A stretch of DNA of 64,000 nucleotides from Cyanidioschyzon merolae (GCA_000091205.1 AP006493.2), one strand, 5' to 3'; numbered from the stretch's first letter, positions 53,755-64,000 are shown. Notes: generated from the letters alone by a model not told the origin. Translations and numbers: made by a program.

Positions 53755-56700
53755 GTGTCGCTACAGCTTCCTGTGTGTAGCCATGCTGTACGAACATATC
53801 TGCTCTGTCTACCATTCAGCGTGTGCATCATACGTGCAACAGTTTTTCTCATTGGTCCTGGGCAACGACGCAAGCAAAAGCAAAGCGTACTGCCTTCATG
53901 CATTAAGCGCGATACTCTGAGCCTCGTCGTTACGCAAGTACTAGCGTCGCGCAGGGACGCTCACGGTTTGACCCTCGCCACTGCCTTCGCGGACGCTGAG
54001 CGAATCGTCAGTTCGGAAGTGCTCGTCTGCTTGTTCGCGAGCTTGAGCGTTGCACACAAGTCACCGGCTTCGATGCCTGAGCCAGTGGACGATGCGCTCC
54101 GCAGGCGACTGCTACAGCCCGAAAGCCTGCGCGTTGAAGGTCTCTCGAGAACGCAGGACGCCCAACTGAGTGACTCGCTGAACGATGATGAAGAGATAGC
54201 AGTGCGCTTTACCGGGCAATCGGGCTCACCCCAGGCTCAGAGTGGAAATCTGAACCGAGCGTCTGCCCCTTTCTTAGGATACTTTGCTGAGGTGTCCTCA
54301 GCGACACCACGGCAGGCACAGCATGTGCAGTGGAAAGCAGCACGTCGTCGACTTGTTTGCATTTTGTTGGTTCTGGTCCCCGTTATCGTCATGATCGGCA
54401 TCGTTGCAAGCCTCCGTCAATACATAACCGAGCACGGTACGGAGAGTCTCGTTCGAAAGCGCCTATCGCACTGGGGTATTGCCGCAACTGTACCTCTTTA
54501 TAGCGAGAAGCGCTGGCGACGTGTATGGAATGCAACGCTCACTTACACAGGACAGCGAGGCTTCTTTGGCGTCTACATCGGAAGCGGTGCCTCCAACAGT
54601 ACCCTGAACAAAGTATGGCTTGAAGTACCGATCTCCGAACTCGAGCAGCCGTTCGTCATCGATAGTCTGATTACCCGCGGCGATGCTGAGGCATTCATGC
54701 TTCATGCTCCCTCTAACCGTGCACAAGAGAACTGGTTTGCCTTGCGTTTAGGGAAACCACGTCCATCATGGGCAGTTGATCTGTATCGACCCCAGCTCGG
54801 GGTGCGCATTCAGCATAACGACTCTGAGCTGGCTGCGTCCTATGCGGCAGGCACATGGACCGGATGGAGCAAGATCCTGCGGATCGTGGCGGTGACGTAC
54901 CAGGATGCGCTGTCCGTGAACAAAACAGCGTCGTTTGAAAATGTAACAGACGAAACGAAAAACCTTCGCTTGATCCTGGACGTCACTCCCTGGGTCAGTG
55001 ACGGATTCGCGGTGCTCTCGGAAGATGCACCCGCAAAGCTCACCGCGCAGACGAGCTCGCCCGCGAAAGCGCCCTGGTCTTATCGGGTCATTGCAGCGAA
55101 AGCGTATCCAGGTAATGTCGAGATCCGAGTGGAGGCTATGTTTCCACAGAAAGAGGCTGCCAGCGGCTGGAACCCTTCGGGTGTCTCTGCAGCAGAGATC
55201 TCCTTCCAGCTGGTGCGGCTCCCATCGGATTCGCTTCCACTCAGACTCGCAGACGAGCGAATCGGCTACTTTACGACGTCGTTTCTGTTGTTGGATCACG
55301 ACGAGGGAATCCACGAACGCATCGATGTCATCAATCGTCGACGCTTACCCACCGTATTCTATATCGATCCGACAGTTCCGAGTCGCTGGAGACTTTGTCT
55401 CAAACGTGGCGTGGAGAACTGGAACCTCGCCTTTGCTCAGGCCGGTTGGAATAAATCTGCGGCTAGGGTAGAGCCAGCGATTCGAGCCGTCCTCCCCGAG
55501 GACAGCGACTGGCCCTCGGACTACGATATCGGTGATATTCGTTTCAGCACCATCAGCTGGTCGCCTTCACTTAACAGTGTCTTCGCGCTAGGACCGAGCA
55601 ATATCGATCCACGTACTGGGGAAATTCTCAACTCGAATATTATCTTTACGCACGGATGGATTCGCAGTCTGATGCGACAATACACAAATCTGGTCGCTGC
55701 GCAGCAGCGCTTGACTGCACCGAACGACAGCAGTCGTCTCAGTGGACAACGTCGGAGTAGCGAAGCCTATCCCATGGCGAGCGTCTCCACCGTGCGCGAG
55801 TCGCCAGCGCTGCGTCGTGTTCAGCTCGTGGATGCTGCGCGCCTGGATACAGCAGCGTTTGCGATACTCGAGGTTATGGCACTGGTGTCGGATGTCGGCG
55901 ATGTACCCGAGAGATTCATCTGCGATGCGCTCATCGATACCACGATGCATGAGGTTGGTCATGCACTCGGCTTGCGGCATAACTTTAGGGCGAGCGCGAA
56001 CGTACGCTGGCAGGATCTGAGCGATCCCGAGTACGTTGAACGCAACGGGATCAGCTCATCGGTGATGGATTACCTTCCGATTTTGATTTTTGCCGATAGT
56101 CAGAAGCAAACGCGCTATTTTCAGCACGTTATTGGAGCATACGATATCTTGGCTATTCGATATGGATATGGAGGGAGCGAGCGCCCCACGCAGCTGTTGG
56201 AGCAGTTGCATTCCAGCAGTCTGTCACTGCGCCAAGCAGTCGACGAAGCATTGACGGAGCACCGTGTGGAGCTCGCACCGCTTGCCGAGCAGGCCGTGGA
56301 GGCAGGTCTCCATTTTGGTACCGACGAAGATGACCCCAGTCCGAATGGTGTGGATGTCTATGTTTCGCAGTGGGATCTCTCCGACGATCCGCTCGCGTAT
56401 CATGAAAACGTTCGACTGGTTGTTGGGCGAGCGCTGTCGAGTCTGCGCGCCCTTGTGCATGAGCGCGACCTTTCATGGAGCGATTACTCTGAACTTGTCC
56501 GGTACGCGCTCTTCTTTGGGAGTCGCAGTGCGCTCTATGCAACCAAGTTTCTCGGGAGCATTGAGCTACGTCGGGGTCACCCCGCGGATATTGCCCCAGG
56601 CAGAGCAGCTCGCACCGTCCAGGTGCCGCGCAAACCCGTCGATACGGAGACGATGCAGCGGGCACTTGGACTCTTGCGGCGCCTGCTGTCGCCACTGGAC

Positions 56701-57300
56701 CACGAGGCGATCCTGGGTGGTGGCTACCCAACGTGGGCTCTGGACCTTGTCGAGCCTGCTGGCAAGTGTGACGGTGTGGTTACTCACTGTCTGGGTACGA
56801 GACCGGTTTCGGCTCTGACGCTGCTGCAGCAGACGCGAAGTCAGGTACTCAGTTTGGCCCTGCATCCACAACGACTCGTCTGGTTGCAAGAGAACGCTTT
56901 ATGGGGGACAGCGTCTACGCTTCCACTGCATACATATCTGGAGTTATTGACGAACATGTTTTTCGATCCGAAGAATGTAGAAACGAGTCCAGAAAAATTC
57001 CCTCTGGTGCGGGACGCCCAAGTGGACTATGTGCTTGCGCTCCGAACCTCGTTTCTGAATATGAGCACGACGTCAAAGGGCCAAGGTGCAGTCTCCGCTG
57101 TTGCGTATGAGCTTCGTCGAATTCACTGTTTGGTGCGTAGAATGCTAGAGGCACCGGCGCCTGCTGCAGAAAACACCTCCAGCGACACGATGCATCGAGC
57201 GCACCTTCTCGGTCTCAGCGCACTTCTCGGTGACAAGTTTCCGCCGCTGGACTCACCCAGTCTGTACGGGATGCTCACTGTACCGTGTCCGACTAGTTGA
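53755..57300 (+). CDS. Membrane-anchored zinc metalloprotease of the bacterial-like met-zincin family (HExxHxxGxxH; DUF4953/DUF5117-like), 1181 aa
   Basis: The zincin active site is 'TMHEVGHALGLRHNFRASANVRWQDLSDPEYVERNGISSSVMDY'. There is a single N-terminal TM/signal-anchor 'RRRLVCILLVLVPVIVMIGIVASL'. The probable start is Met at 54073 (MPEPVDD), though the ORF opens at 53755. Confidence 0.8.
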   Translation: MSLQLPVCSHAVRTYLLCLPFSVCIIRATVFLIGPGQRRKQKQSVLPSCIKRDTLSLVVTQVLASRRDAHGLTLATAFADAERIVSSEVLVCLFASLSVAHKSPASMPEPVDDALRRRLLQPESLRVEGLSRTQDAQLSDSLNDDEEIAVRFTGQSGSPQAQSGNLNRASAPFLGYFAEVSSATPRQAQHVQWKAARRRLVCILLVLVPVIVMIGIVASLRQYITEHGTESLVRKRLSHWGIAATVPLYSEKRWRRVWNATLTYTGQRGFFGVYIGSGASNSTLNKVWLEVPISELEQPFVIDSLITRGDAEAFMLHAPSNRAQENWFALRLGKPRPSWAVDLYRPQLGVRIQHNDSELAASYAAGTWTGWSKILRIVAVTYQDALSVNKTASFENVTDETKNLRLILDVTPWVSDGFAVLSEDAPAKLTAQTSSPAKAPWSYRVIAAKAYPGNVEIRVEAMFPQKEAASGWNPSGVSAAEISFQLVRLPSDSLPLRLADERIGYFTTSFLLLDHDEGIHERIDVINRRRLPTVFYIDPTVPSRWRLCLKRGVENWNLAFAQAGWNKSAARVEPAIRAVLPEDSDWPSDYDIGDIRFSTISWSPSLNSVFALGPSNIDPRTGEILNSNIIFTHGWIRSLMRQYTNLVAAQQRLTAPNDSSRLSGQRRSSEAYPMASVSTVRESPALRRVQLVDAARLDTAAFAILEVMALVSDVGDVPERFICDALIDTTMHEVGHALGLRHNFRASANVRWQDLSDPEYVERNGISSSVMDYLPILIFADSQKQTRYFQHVIGAYDILAIRYGYGGSERPTQLLEQLHSSSLSLRQAVDEALTEHRVELAPLAEQAVEAGLHFGTDEDDPSPNGVDVYVSQWDLSDDPLAYHENVRLVVGRALSSLRALVHERDLSWSDYSELVRYALFFGSRSALYATKFLGSIELRRGHPADIAPGRAARTVQVPRKPVDTETMQRALGLLRRLLSPLDHEAILGGGYPTWALDLVEPAGKCDGVVTHCLGTRPVSALTLLQQTRSQVLSLALHPQRLVWLQENALWGTASTLPLHTYLELLTNMFFDPKNVETSPEKFPLVRDAQVDYVLALRTSFLNMSTTSKGQGAVSAVAYELRRIHCLVRRMLEAPAPAAENTSSDTMHRAHLLGLSALLGDKFPPLDSPSLYGMLTVPCPTS

Positions 57301-58403
57301 GGTCGCGTTCGCGGGTGCATACGAGAACATCCTGAAGTTGATGTCCGGGTGGAGTGTTCGCGATACCGTCGATGTCATAGATGTTATCGGGTTTGTGTCG
57401 ACGCCAAGCAAGTCCTGGACTTGTCAGCGTTACACGGTTTTAGGGGACGGGTGAAACAGTGGGCGCGGCACTGGTACTCTAGTTGCACAACTTGTTTGGA
57501 TCCGGGGAACGTGTCGCAAGAGGTTCACGTTGTGGGTGGTATCCTTCTGAACTCTAGCGATTGCCCGCCTGTGTGTACATCAAAAGTGCAGTACAGCAGC
57601 CTTGAGTGCCGGGGTCTCGAAGGGTCCGTCTACTCGTCAGCGCTTGCGTCTGTTCCACTGAAGCGGTCTGCTCTAGTTGATACAGCAGTCGCGTCAAGGC
57701 TCGTTCCCTCTAGCTCTGGTAGACCGCTGCTGTCTGCATAAGTATTTCGCTGGTGCCATGTGTCGCGTTTCGCAGTCTTCCTCTCCGACTCTACTGACAT
57801 GCACCTGTCGGCGGTGAGGCAGCGTCTTCTCAGCACCCGTTTGAATGGCTCCATATCAGATAAGCATACTGATTCCAGAGTGTTTTCCTCTACGATCACC
57901 AATGGACTTGTTCGGAGAAACCCTCATGGCGAATCTCGTCTTGGTACAATGCGCGCCGTACTTGCCACCGCTGTGACCTCCTAATAATCCGTGACGTTGA
58001 AGAAACACCCTAATGCGACCTCTCGGCGTCCTGAAGGTGTCTTCCAGTAGCTCGTGTGATGATTAGCGTCGCAGCGAATGCTCGAATGTCGAGTAGGCGC
58101 TGCGTTTTGACGTCACGTGGATGCCTCGTACCTTCACTAGCTCAAGCAGTGCAGACCGGTGAGCCGCTGGTGTGTTCGCTACCTTCTGGATGCCAAAGAC
58201 TAGGTTGCTGCGACAGTGAACTTCAAAGATGATGGTGAAAGCGACACGTTCAGGGGATCGTTGTCGCATTTGTGTGCGAGAGGAATCATTCGCAGCAGCT
58301 TTACAGCGAATCCGCTGGCAAGGAGACTGCACCCGTATATAGAAACGATTGGAACAGATTCGACGCACAGACTCGCGAAACTGGAATTTAAAAAGCAGGA
58401 TAT

Positions 58404-58716
58404 TTTACTCTTGCTCTGATAAGACTGTAAATGGAACGGAATCCGCCGTCTACAGCAACGTGCGTAGCAACACAAGCTACCCATTATCACGTAGTTAGAA
58501 GATAAGCGGGATACGCTATTCTTGCACTGCTACGACCGTAAATGGAACGGAATCCGCCGTCTACAGCAACGTGCGTAGCAACACAAAAGCTACCCAGTGT
58601 CACGTAGTCACCAGATAAGCGGGATACGCTATTCTTGCACTGCTACGAGTGTAAATGGAACGGAATCCGCCGTCTACAGCAACGTACGTAGCAACACCAG
58701 CAACCCAGTATCATGG
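58404..58716. repeat. Tandem repeat, ~112-bp unit x ~2.8
   Basis: 'cttgc[t/a]ctg.taa[g/c].c[t/c]gtaaatggaacggaatccgccgtctacagcaacgt[g/a]cgtagcaacac...agctaccca.t.tcacgtagt...agataagcgggatacgctatt' recurs with 'taaatggaacgg' at 58428, 58539 and 58652. Confidence 0.9.
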
Positions 58717-58984
58717 AGATAACAGCAACCATGCAAACGTACGCAACGGATCCCCCGAAACGCTTACATGAGTGCCAGGGTTGCGAGGCGTGGTTTTCCC
58801 AAACATTCATACGCGCAGCGGCCGGACACATGTACATCCAGCGCTCATCTGTGCAACTCGGGAACGCACACACATATCAACGACGTCACGACTGCAGAAC
58901 AAAAGCGGTACTGTCCGTGAACCAAAGGCAGCATCGGTCTCTGCGCCCGACGGATTCCTTGCCTGGTGGCGATGCCTGCTCCCA

Positions 58985-59938
58985 TCATGCGTTGGTCCAT
59001 TTCGGCTCGCGCTTGTCCAAGAAGGCCGTCATGCCCTCCTTCTGGTCCTGGGTTGCAAACGTCGACTGGAAGAGTGCGCGCTCATACAGGACTCCGCTCC
59101 TCAGTGGCATTTCATAAGCGGCATTGACCGCAGCTTTCGCCATTTGTACGATCGGCTGCGACAACGAGGCAATTTTTGTGGCGGTATCCAAGGCCGCCGT
59201 CAGGAGCTTGTCCTCGGGGTGCACAGCGGCAACGAGCCCCCAGGCTTCCGCCTCGCGCGATGATATACGTCTCCCTGAGAGAATCATCTCCATCGCTCTG
59301 GCCTTTCCTATAGCTCGCACAAGTCGTTGCGTGCCGCCCCAGCCAGGGATTGTGCCGATCTGCACTTCGGGAAGACCGAACTGAGCATCCTCCGCAGCAT
59401 ACACGATATCGCAAGCGAGTGCAAGTTCGCAGCCCCCGCCCAACGCATACCCGCGCACCGCCGCAATGGTCGGTGAGCGCAGCGCGAAGAACAAGTCCAT
59501 GAAGGAACCCGCGTCACGTCGGCGCGCTTGAGAAAAGCTCCTATTCGCCATCTCCTTGATATCCGCTCCGGCAGCGAAGGCCCGGTCAGTTCCCGTTAAC
59601 ACAATAGCGCCTATGGTTGAGTCACGATCGTACCGTTGAAGTGCGTCCAACAGCTCTGCCGTCGTCTCATCATTGAGCGCGTTCAAAGCCGCTGGTCGAT
59701 GAATCGCCACAAGGCCAACGTTACCCCGAACCTCTACCTGCAAGTTGCTGTAGTCACCGGGAGCGGCGGAGAAGCACCGGCACTGACGTGAAGCTCTCGC
59801 CGTACAACCCCCCACGACTGGACTGCTTGACAGCAGCAGCAGCCGCTGCAATAACAACCTGCTCTTGCCTGTGACGAAAGAGCGCATAGACCAAGGCTCC
59901 CAGCGCTGCACCCAGGTTCCTAGTGCACACCGTTCCAC
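58985..59938 (-). CDS. ECHS1: Enoyl-CoA hydratase (crotonase family, mitochondrial short-chain type)
   Basis: 'VGLVAIHRPAALNALNDETTAELLDALQRYDRDSTIGAIVLTGTDRAFAAGADIKEM', 'GGGCELALACDIVYAAEDAQFGLPEVQIGTIPGWGGTQRL' and 'DQKEGMTAFLDKREPKWTNA' are the classic crotonase motifs, including the catalytic Glu pair region. The N-terminus resembles a mitochondrial presequence. The start may be Met at 59887. Confidence 0.9.
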   Translation of the reverse strand: MERCALGTWVQRWEPWSMRSFVTGKSRLLLQRLLLLSSSPVVGGCTARASRQCRCFSAAPGDYSNLQVEVRGNVGLVAIHRPAALNALNDETTAELLDALQRYDRDSTIGAIVLTGTDRAFAAGADIKEMANRSFSQARRRDAGSFMDLFFALRSPTIAAVRGYALGGGCELALACDIVYAAEDAQFGLPEVQIGTIPGWGGTQRLVRAIGKARAMEMILSGRRISSREAEAWGLVAAVHPEDKLLTAALDTATKIASLSQPIVQMAKAAVNAAYEMPLRSGVLYERALFQSTFATQDQKEGMTAFLDKREPKWTNA

Positions 59939-60242
59939 CAGACGTCGTGCACAGGGCTAGTCGCGTACCCTGCGCACTCGGGAGCGGAAGCCTCGGAACG
60001 GAATGGTATGGAGTAGGCTGGAATGGGCTCGGCATTCCGCTGGATCGCGTTATCGATGCGACACCTCGACACAATCCGCTCTGCCTCGAGTACCGCAAGG
60101 AGACACAGTTGCGTTGGCATAACACGGGTATAGCGTCTTTTGGGGACGCTCAGGCGATGGACAGCTCCGAGGCACCAGTAGAGGGCGTTGAACTGGGTTT
60201 TCTGGAGTCGTCGCTGGGTAGGAGTTTGGAGTGTGGCGCTAG

Positions 60243-61280
60243 ATGAACGCTGGCACATTCGCTGACGAGCTAAGCGCTCTGGAGCTGGTCTACGGAAGCG
60301 AGTCGGTGGAGTTCTCCGCAGAAACGAGGACGTTGCGGGTGCACTTGCCGAGCAGCTCGAGTCCTTTTGGGTTAACGCTTACTTGTCACGTGCCAGATGG
60401 ATATCCTGAAAAGGTTTCTCTCTCCTGTTCTGACTTGCGTCTAACAGCAGACTGGCTCCCAGCACCCAAACTGGAGTCGATGTTGCGATCCGTGTGCGCA
60501 GACCTTGACCTTCATGGTAGTCGTAGAGCAGATGCACTTGAACAGCAAGCTGGGGTCATCTGTTCGATAGCCTCTGTGCTCTATGAATCGCGTCAAAGCG
60601 TGCTTCACGATGAGCAGTTGCAGTGTACTCAGCACTGGGACACCAGCACCCAGGGCGTCGTTTCGGATCCGGGGTATACGGAAAGCGCACCACTTGACAG
60701 GCCACAGTCGGAGTCGCCGGAGCGGAACAAGCCTGAAAACAGGCAGAAAAGGACATCAAGCAACGTCCCAGCGTCCGAGTTGGTCACTGGAATAACCGCT
60801 TCCATACCTGATTCGCAGCGTGCAACCGCCTGTGAGCAGGACGTTACATCTCCGGGCCCGAGCGAGGTCGTACGACTTGTGTCGTCGGAACCAATCACGG
60901 AACGCAAGTCGACATTTCAGGGCCACGCCGCTCGGATCATGTCGAGCTCCGCTGCAGTGCTGTGTCTACAATCGCTGCGACAGCACCGCAAAGGCCGACA
61001 AGCAACGCACCTGAGCTGGGCATTTCGGATCATGGGCGACGACCAGCACATTCACGAAGACTACTGCGACGATGGTGAGCAGCGAGCCGGCCGGGTCGTT
61101 TTGGAGCTGTTGCGGAGTATGAACCAGCATAATATCTTTATCTGCGTCTGTCGCTGGTTTGGCGGGGTTTTGCTCCACGAGCGGCGCTTCCACTGCATTC
61201 AGTTGGCAGCGAAACGAGCAGCGTTGGCGTTGCTAGAAACAGAGAGAGCAGCACCATCTCTAGTAGCGAGCCGGCAGTGA
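60243..61280 (+). CDS. IMPACT: IMPACT/YIH1-family protein (N-terminal RWD domain plus C-terminal UPF0029/IMPACT domain)
   Basis: The N-terminal RWD-like region is 'ELSALELVYGSESVEFS...'. The C-terminal region 'FQGHAARIMSSSAAVLCLQSLRQHRKGRQATHLSWAFRI...DYCDDGEQRAGRVVLELLRSMNQHNIFICVCRWFGGVLLHERRFHCIQLAAKRAALALL' aligns with the IMPACT domain (FQAH...ATHN.YAYRI...EDDGE.AAG..LL.LL......NV.VVV.RWYGG..LG..RF..I...AR..L). Confidence 0.8.
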   Translation: MNAGTFADELSALELVYGSESVEFSAETRTLRVHLPSSSSPFGLTLTCHVPDGYPEKVSLSCSDLRLTADWLPAPKLESMLRSVCADLDLHGSRRADALEQQAGVICSIASVLYESRQSVLHDEQLQCTQHWDTSTQGVVSDPGYTESAPLDRPQSESPERNKPENRQKRTSSNVPASELVTGITASIPDSQRATACEQDVTSPGPSEVVRLVSSEPITERKSTFQGHAARIMSSSAAVLCLQSLRQHRKGRQATHLSWAFRIMGDDQHIHEDYCDDGEQRAGRVVLELLRSMNQHNIFICVCRWFGGVLLHERRFHCIQLAAKRAALALLETERAAPSLVASRQ

Positions 61281-62724
61281 TTCAGAAAGCTGAGCACTGC
61301 TGCACAGCGTGGATGAGGAAATCCTCGTGTACCTGGATGCTTAGTATCGAGCTCCAGAGGCGCAATGAATCCAACGAGTGCGATGGATTCTGCCCCTAGC
61401 GGCTGCTGTCTGGGCTTCGCCTGGGTAGAACTGCGAGCAACTGGCAGCCTACAGGTGTACTTGGATGCATGCGAAGAACCCGTTGAAAGGTTTACTCGCT
61501 GCTCGGCACGCCGAGGATCAAGCACGGTCGACAAATAGAAGGATCATTTCACGCATCGTACCGCAACCCGAACAAGCGTTGCCACCCTCGACTAGTCCGG
61601 ATCACAGAAGGAAGCACTCCAAGATGTCAACGTCGGGCCGCGTCAACAAGGTCCACATCGAGCGGGACCATACCTTCAGGTGTCTGCAGTCTCTCCCAGT
61701 AATCAACGCGGTGCCCGCAGCTGCTCCACATACAGGTCTATAAAGTTGCGCGCACCACTGCATAAGACGTATTGCCTCGACGAGTTGATGGATGCGATCC
61801 AAACAGGGCCCGCTTTCGGGGCGATAACCTCGCGCTGAACGCGGTTCAGGGCAAGATGCACTGTATGCTGGCCGAAGACGCAACCTCCAAGCGTCAGTGA
61901 AGGGATCGCTAGCGAACGGCCCCCGTGCGTCAGGGCCTCGGCGTCGTCCGTACGATCCTTGGTATGAACGGGGTATGCGTCCGTCGAATCCCGCTGTTTC
62001 GCAAGGGGAAACACAGTGCAGCGGCGCCCTAGCCAAGCGAATATCGCGCTGTCGGCGCTAACCGCTACAGATTACCGCCGCGGTTTCAGCGGCAGAAAGA
62101 AAACGGCCAGTTCCATCACAGAAGCTCCCAAGCGCTCACGCACACATCTGCAGGTTGCATGAGAAACTTGTCCTGCTTGTTCATGTGTTGCTCATCGAGT
62201 GACCGATCCTCGTTTCTACTCACCTGAGCCACAGATGGCGCCGGTTCACTTCCAAGGAACGAGGTTTCAGGATTCAAAGTTTCTCGATTCGAAAATGAAT
62301 ACTTGCTGATCGCGTTGGAAGCTAATGTCGCTTAAGAAGAACAAGGGATCAAGCACCGGGCGTACCCGCAGCCCAGGGCAAAAGAATTCCGGCGGCCAGC
62401 ACTCTGCGAGTCGTAGCCGGAATCCGTCCTCTACTCGAAGCTGGTGTATGATCAAGACCCTAAGAGAGCACCTCGACTTGCTCCAAAACGACCAACGCCA
62501 CTGGGCGGATCGTAGGCCGCAGACGGCTAAGCGGTCTGCAACACGTCGCTGCTCTCTGTGCAGAGGCACCTGGGCTATGTTGCGGCGTTCCAGAACCCTT
62601 TCAACATTCTAAGACCCGGTGACGGCGTTTGATACGCTGATAAGAAACCACTTTGCACGGTTTTAATCACAGTCCTACACAGAATCTTATGCAAATCTAG
62701 GTGGATCTAGGCTACAAGTTCGCC

Positions 62725-64000
62725 ATGGGACGTGTTCGGTACAGTAGCCGAGCAGCAGTGCAGCGCCCGTATCGCTCCATGATCATTATCGCTTGGCTGC
62801 GTTGCGAAGCGCTGGGCGGGTTTGCTAGACCCTCGAGTGCCCGGATTTCCACGGGTTTCCACCATCGCTTGGAATCTTATATTCATAACTGCGCTAACTC
62901 GATGAATACTAAGGCGAGGAAGGTTCAAGGGAACCGTCATCCAAGGAACACTGGTGAATTCGTCTTCTCAGGAGGGCGTGGCGTTGACGAGCGTTTCTGT
63001 AGACGCGCGTTTGCCGAGCCTTGTGCCACAGAGGTGGTTCCAAGCTCACCTAGTATGCTCGCTTGGACGGCGTCGCCTTCGCCTTTTCGCCGATGCACGT
63101 TGAATGCTGCTTCCATATCGCCTCGGAGAAGCGCTTTCGCGAGGTGCCCGCTCAGACCCCTCGGTCGAAAGGCGTTGCGAGCGCGCTTGCACGCGAGCTT
63201 AGAGCCACCGCGAGACACTGCAGCCACCAGTTCCCATGAATTCACACATCACGTGACTGAGAAGGCCAAAGATTGGAGCGGCTCTGGAACTTGGCTGCAA
63301 AGCTACATCGAGCAGGGTCCGCTGGCGGCGGCGATTCCCCCGCAGTATGCGCCAAGTCGCTCGCTCTCGCGCTGGCAGGCATGGGGCTCGTACCTATTTA
63401 AAGAACTCGGCTTGGACGGGACCCTTGAGCGCGATCAAAATCGCATTTTTCGTTTCTATTTACCTGTTTTTGCCTGGTCCCTACATGTTGTCAACCGACT
63501 GCAACGAGACGAGAGACGGAAGCAGCACGGCGTCATTATCGGACTGCAATGCCCTCAAGGAGGCGGAAAGACCACACTGACAGCTGCACTCCAGAAATTA
63601 TTCGATCTCGAGCAACGTCGGTGTGTATCTCTCAGCATCGATGATTTTTATCTAACTCGTCGCGAGCAGGAGGCACTAGCCAGAGCGTTTCCCGAGAATC
63701 CGCTGCTGGGCTCAAGAGGCAACCCGGGGACGCACGATATCTCGCTTGCGCTGCAGGTTTTGAACGAGGTGGTAGCTGCACCGTATCCAGGGGAACATGC
63801 AGAGGTTGCGGTGCCGCGTTACGACAAGTCCGCCTTTCAAGGACTGGGCGATCGTGCTCCGCCAGAGCAGTGGCCCCTTGTGAGCCGGCCTGTTGATGTC
63901 GTCTTCCTGGAGGGCTGGTGCCTCGGATTCCGACCGCTGGCGCTACACGAGCGACCTGCTACAATGGACCCGATTACCTTGCGTCATTTGATGCAAGTCG
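62725..64000 (+). CDS. GLYK: D-glycerate 3-kinase (GLYK, P-loop kinase), 3'-partial, running off the window end
   Basis: An open frame runs from 62644 to the window end and is absent from the ORF track because it has no stop. It contains 'GVIIGLQCPQGGGKTTLTAAL...SIDDFYLTRREQEALARAFPENPLLGSRGNPGTHDISLALQVL...VPRYDKSAFQGLGDRAPPEQWPLV...VVFLEGWCLGFRPL'. That matches plant/fungal/cyanobacterial glycerate 3-kinase (IGFSAPQGCGKTTL...SIDDFYLT...NALLELRGNAGSHDL...LPRYDKSAYNGRGDRADPSTWPEV...VLFEGWMLGFKP). The start Met is uncertain, with candidates at 62725, 62779, 62902 and 63055. Confidence 0.7.
   Translation, partial: MGRVRYSSRAAVQRPYRSMIIIAWLRCEALGGFARPSSARISTGFHHRLESYIHNCANSMNTKARKVQGNRHPRNTGEFVFSGGRGVDERFCRRAFAEPCATEVVPSSPSMLAWTASPSPFRRCTLNAASISPRRSAFARCPLRPLGRKALRARLHASLEPPRDTAATSSHEFTHHVTEKAKDWSGSGTWLQSYIEQGPLAAAIPPQYAPSRSLSRWQAWGSYLFKELGLDGTLERDQNRIFRFYLPVFAWSLHVVNRLQRDERRKQHGVIIGLQCPQGGGKTTLTAALQKLFDLEQRRCVSLSIDDFYLTRREQEALARAFPENPLLGSRGNPGTHDISLALQVLNEVVAAPYPGEHAEVAVPRYDKSAFQGLGDRAPPEQWPLVSRPVDVVFLEGWCLGFRPLALHERPATMDPITLRHLMQV

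Overview
This 64-kb window is GC-rich (~57-60%), gene-dense nuclear DNA from an intron-poor eukaryote, with genes on both strands. Oomycete/stramenopile-like or another compact protist genome are possibilities; I cannot resolve the organism from sequence alone. About 22 protein-coding genes are supported by uninterrupted ORFs whose translations carry recognisable family motifs. The recognisable ones are acyl-CoA oxidase, a PP2C phosphatase, ribosomal protein eS12, a divergent PTPS/QueD-family protein, peroxins PEX13 and PEX5 (adjacent), an Amt ammonium transporter (interrupted by a frameshift), a bacterial-type NitT/TauT ABC ATPase with an AAA-associated C-terminal domain, enolase, TAF10, a DNA2 nuclease-helicase, a TSG101/Vps23 UEV protein, DSS1/SEM1, a bacterial-like HExxHxxGxxH zincin metalloprotease, enoyl-CoA hydratase, an IMPACT/YIH1 RWD protein and a 3'-partial D-glycerate 3-kinase. 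Three large ORFs (1306, 1536 and 857 aa) have no recognisable domains. Non-genic content includes a 3'-truncated LINE-type reverse-transcriptase relic inside a lower-GC island, three tandem minisatellites (101, 65 and 112 bp), microsatellites, and a ~6-kb gene-sparse lower-GC stretch that holds only DSS1. No rRNA or CRISPR was seen, and no tRNA could be supported by eye. The most unusual items are the solitary bacterial-type ABC ATPase and the bacterial-like zincin protease, both possible HGT or lineage-specific acquisitions. The linked PEX13-PEX5(-ACOX) peroxisomal neighbourhood and the homopolymer frameshift in the Amt gene also stand out.
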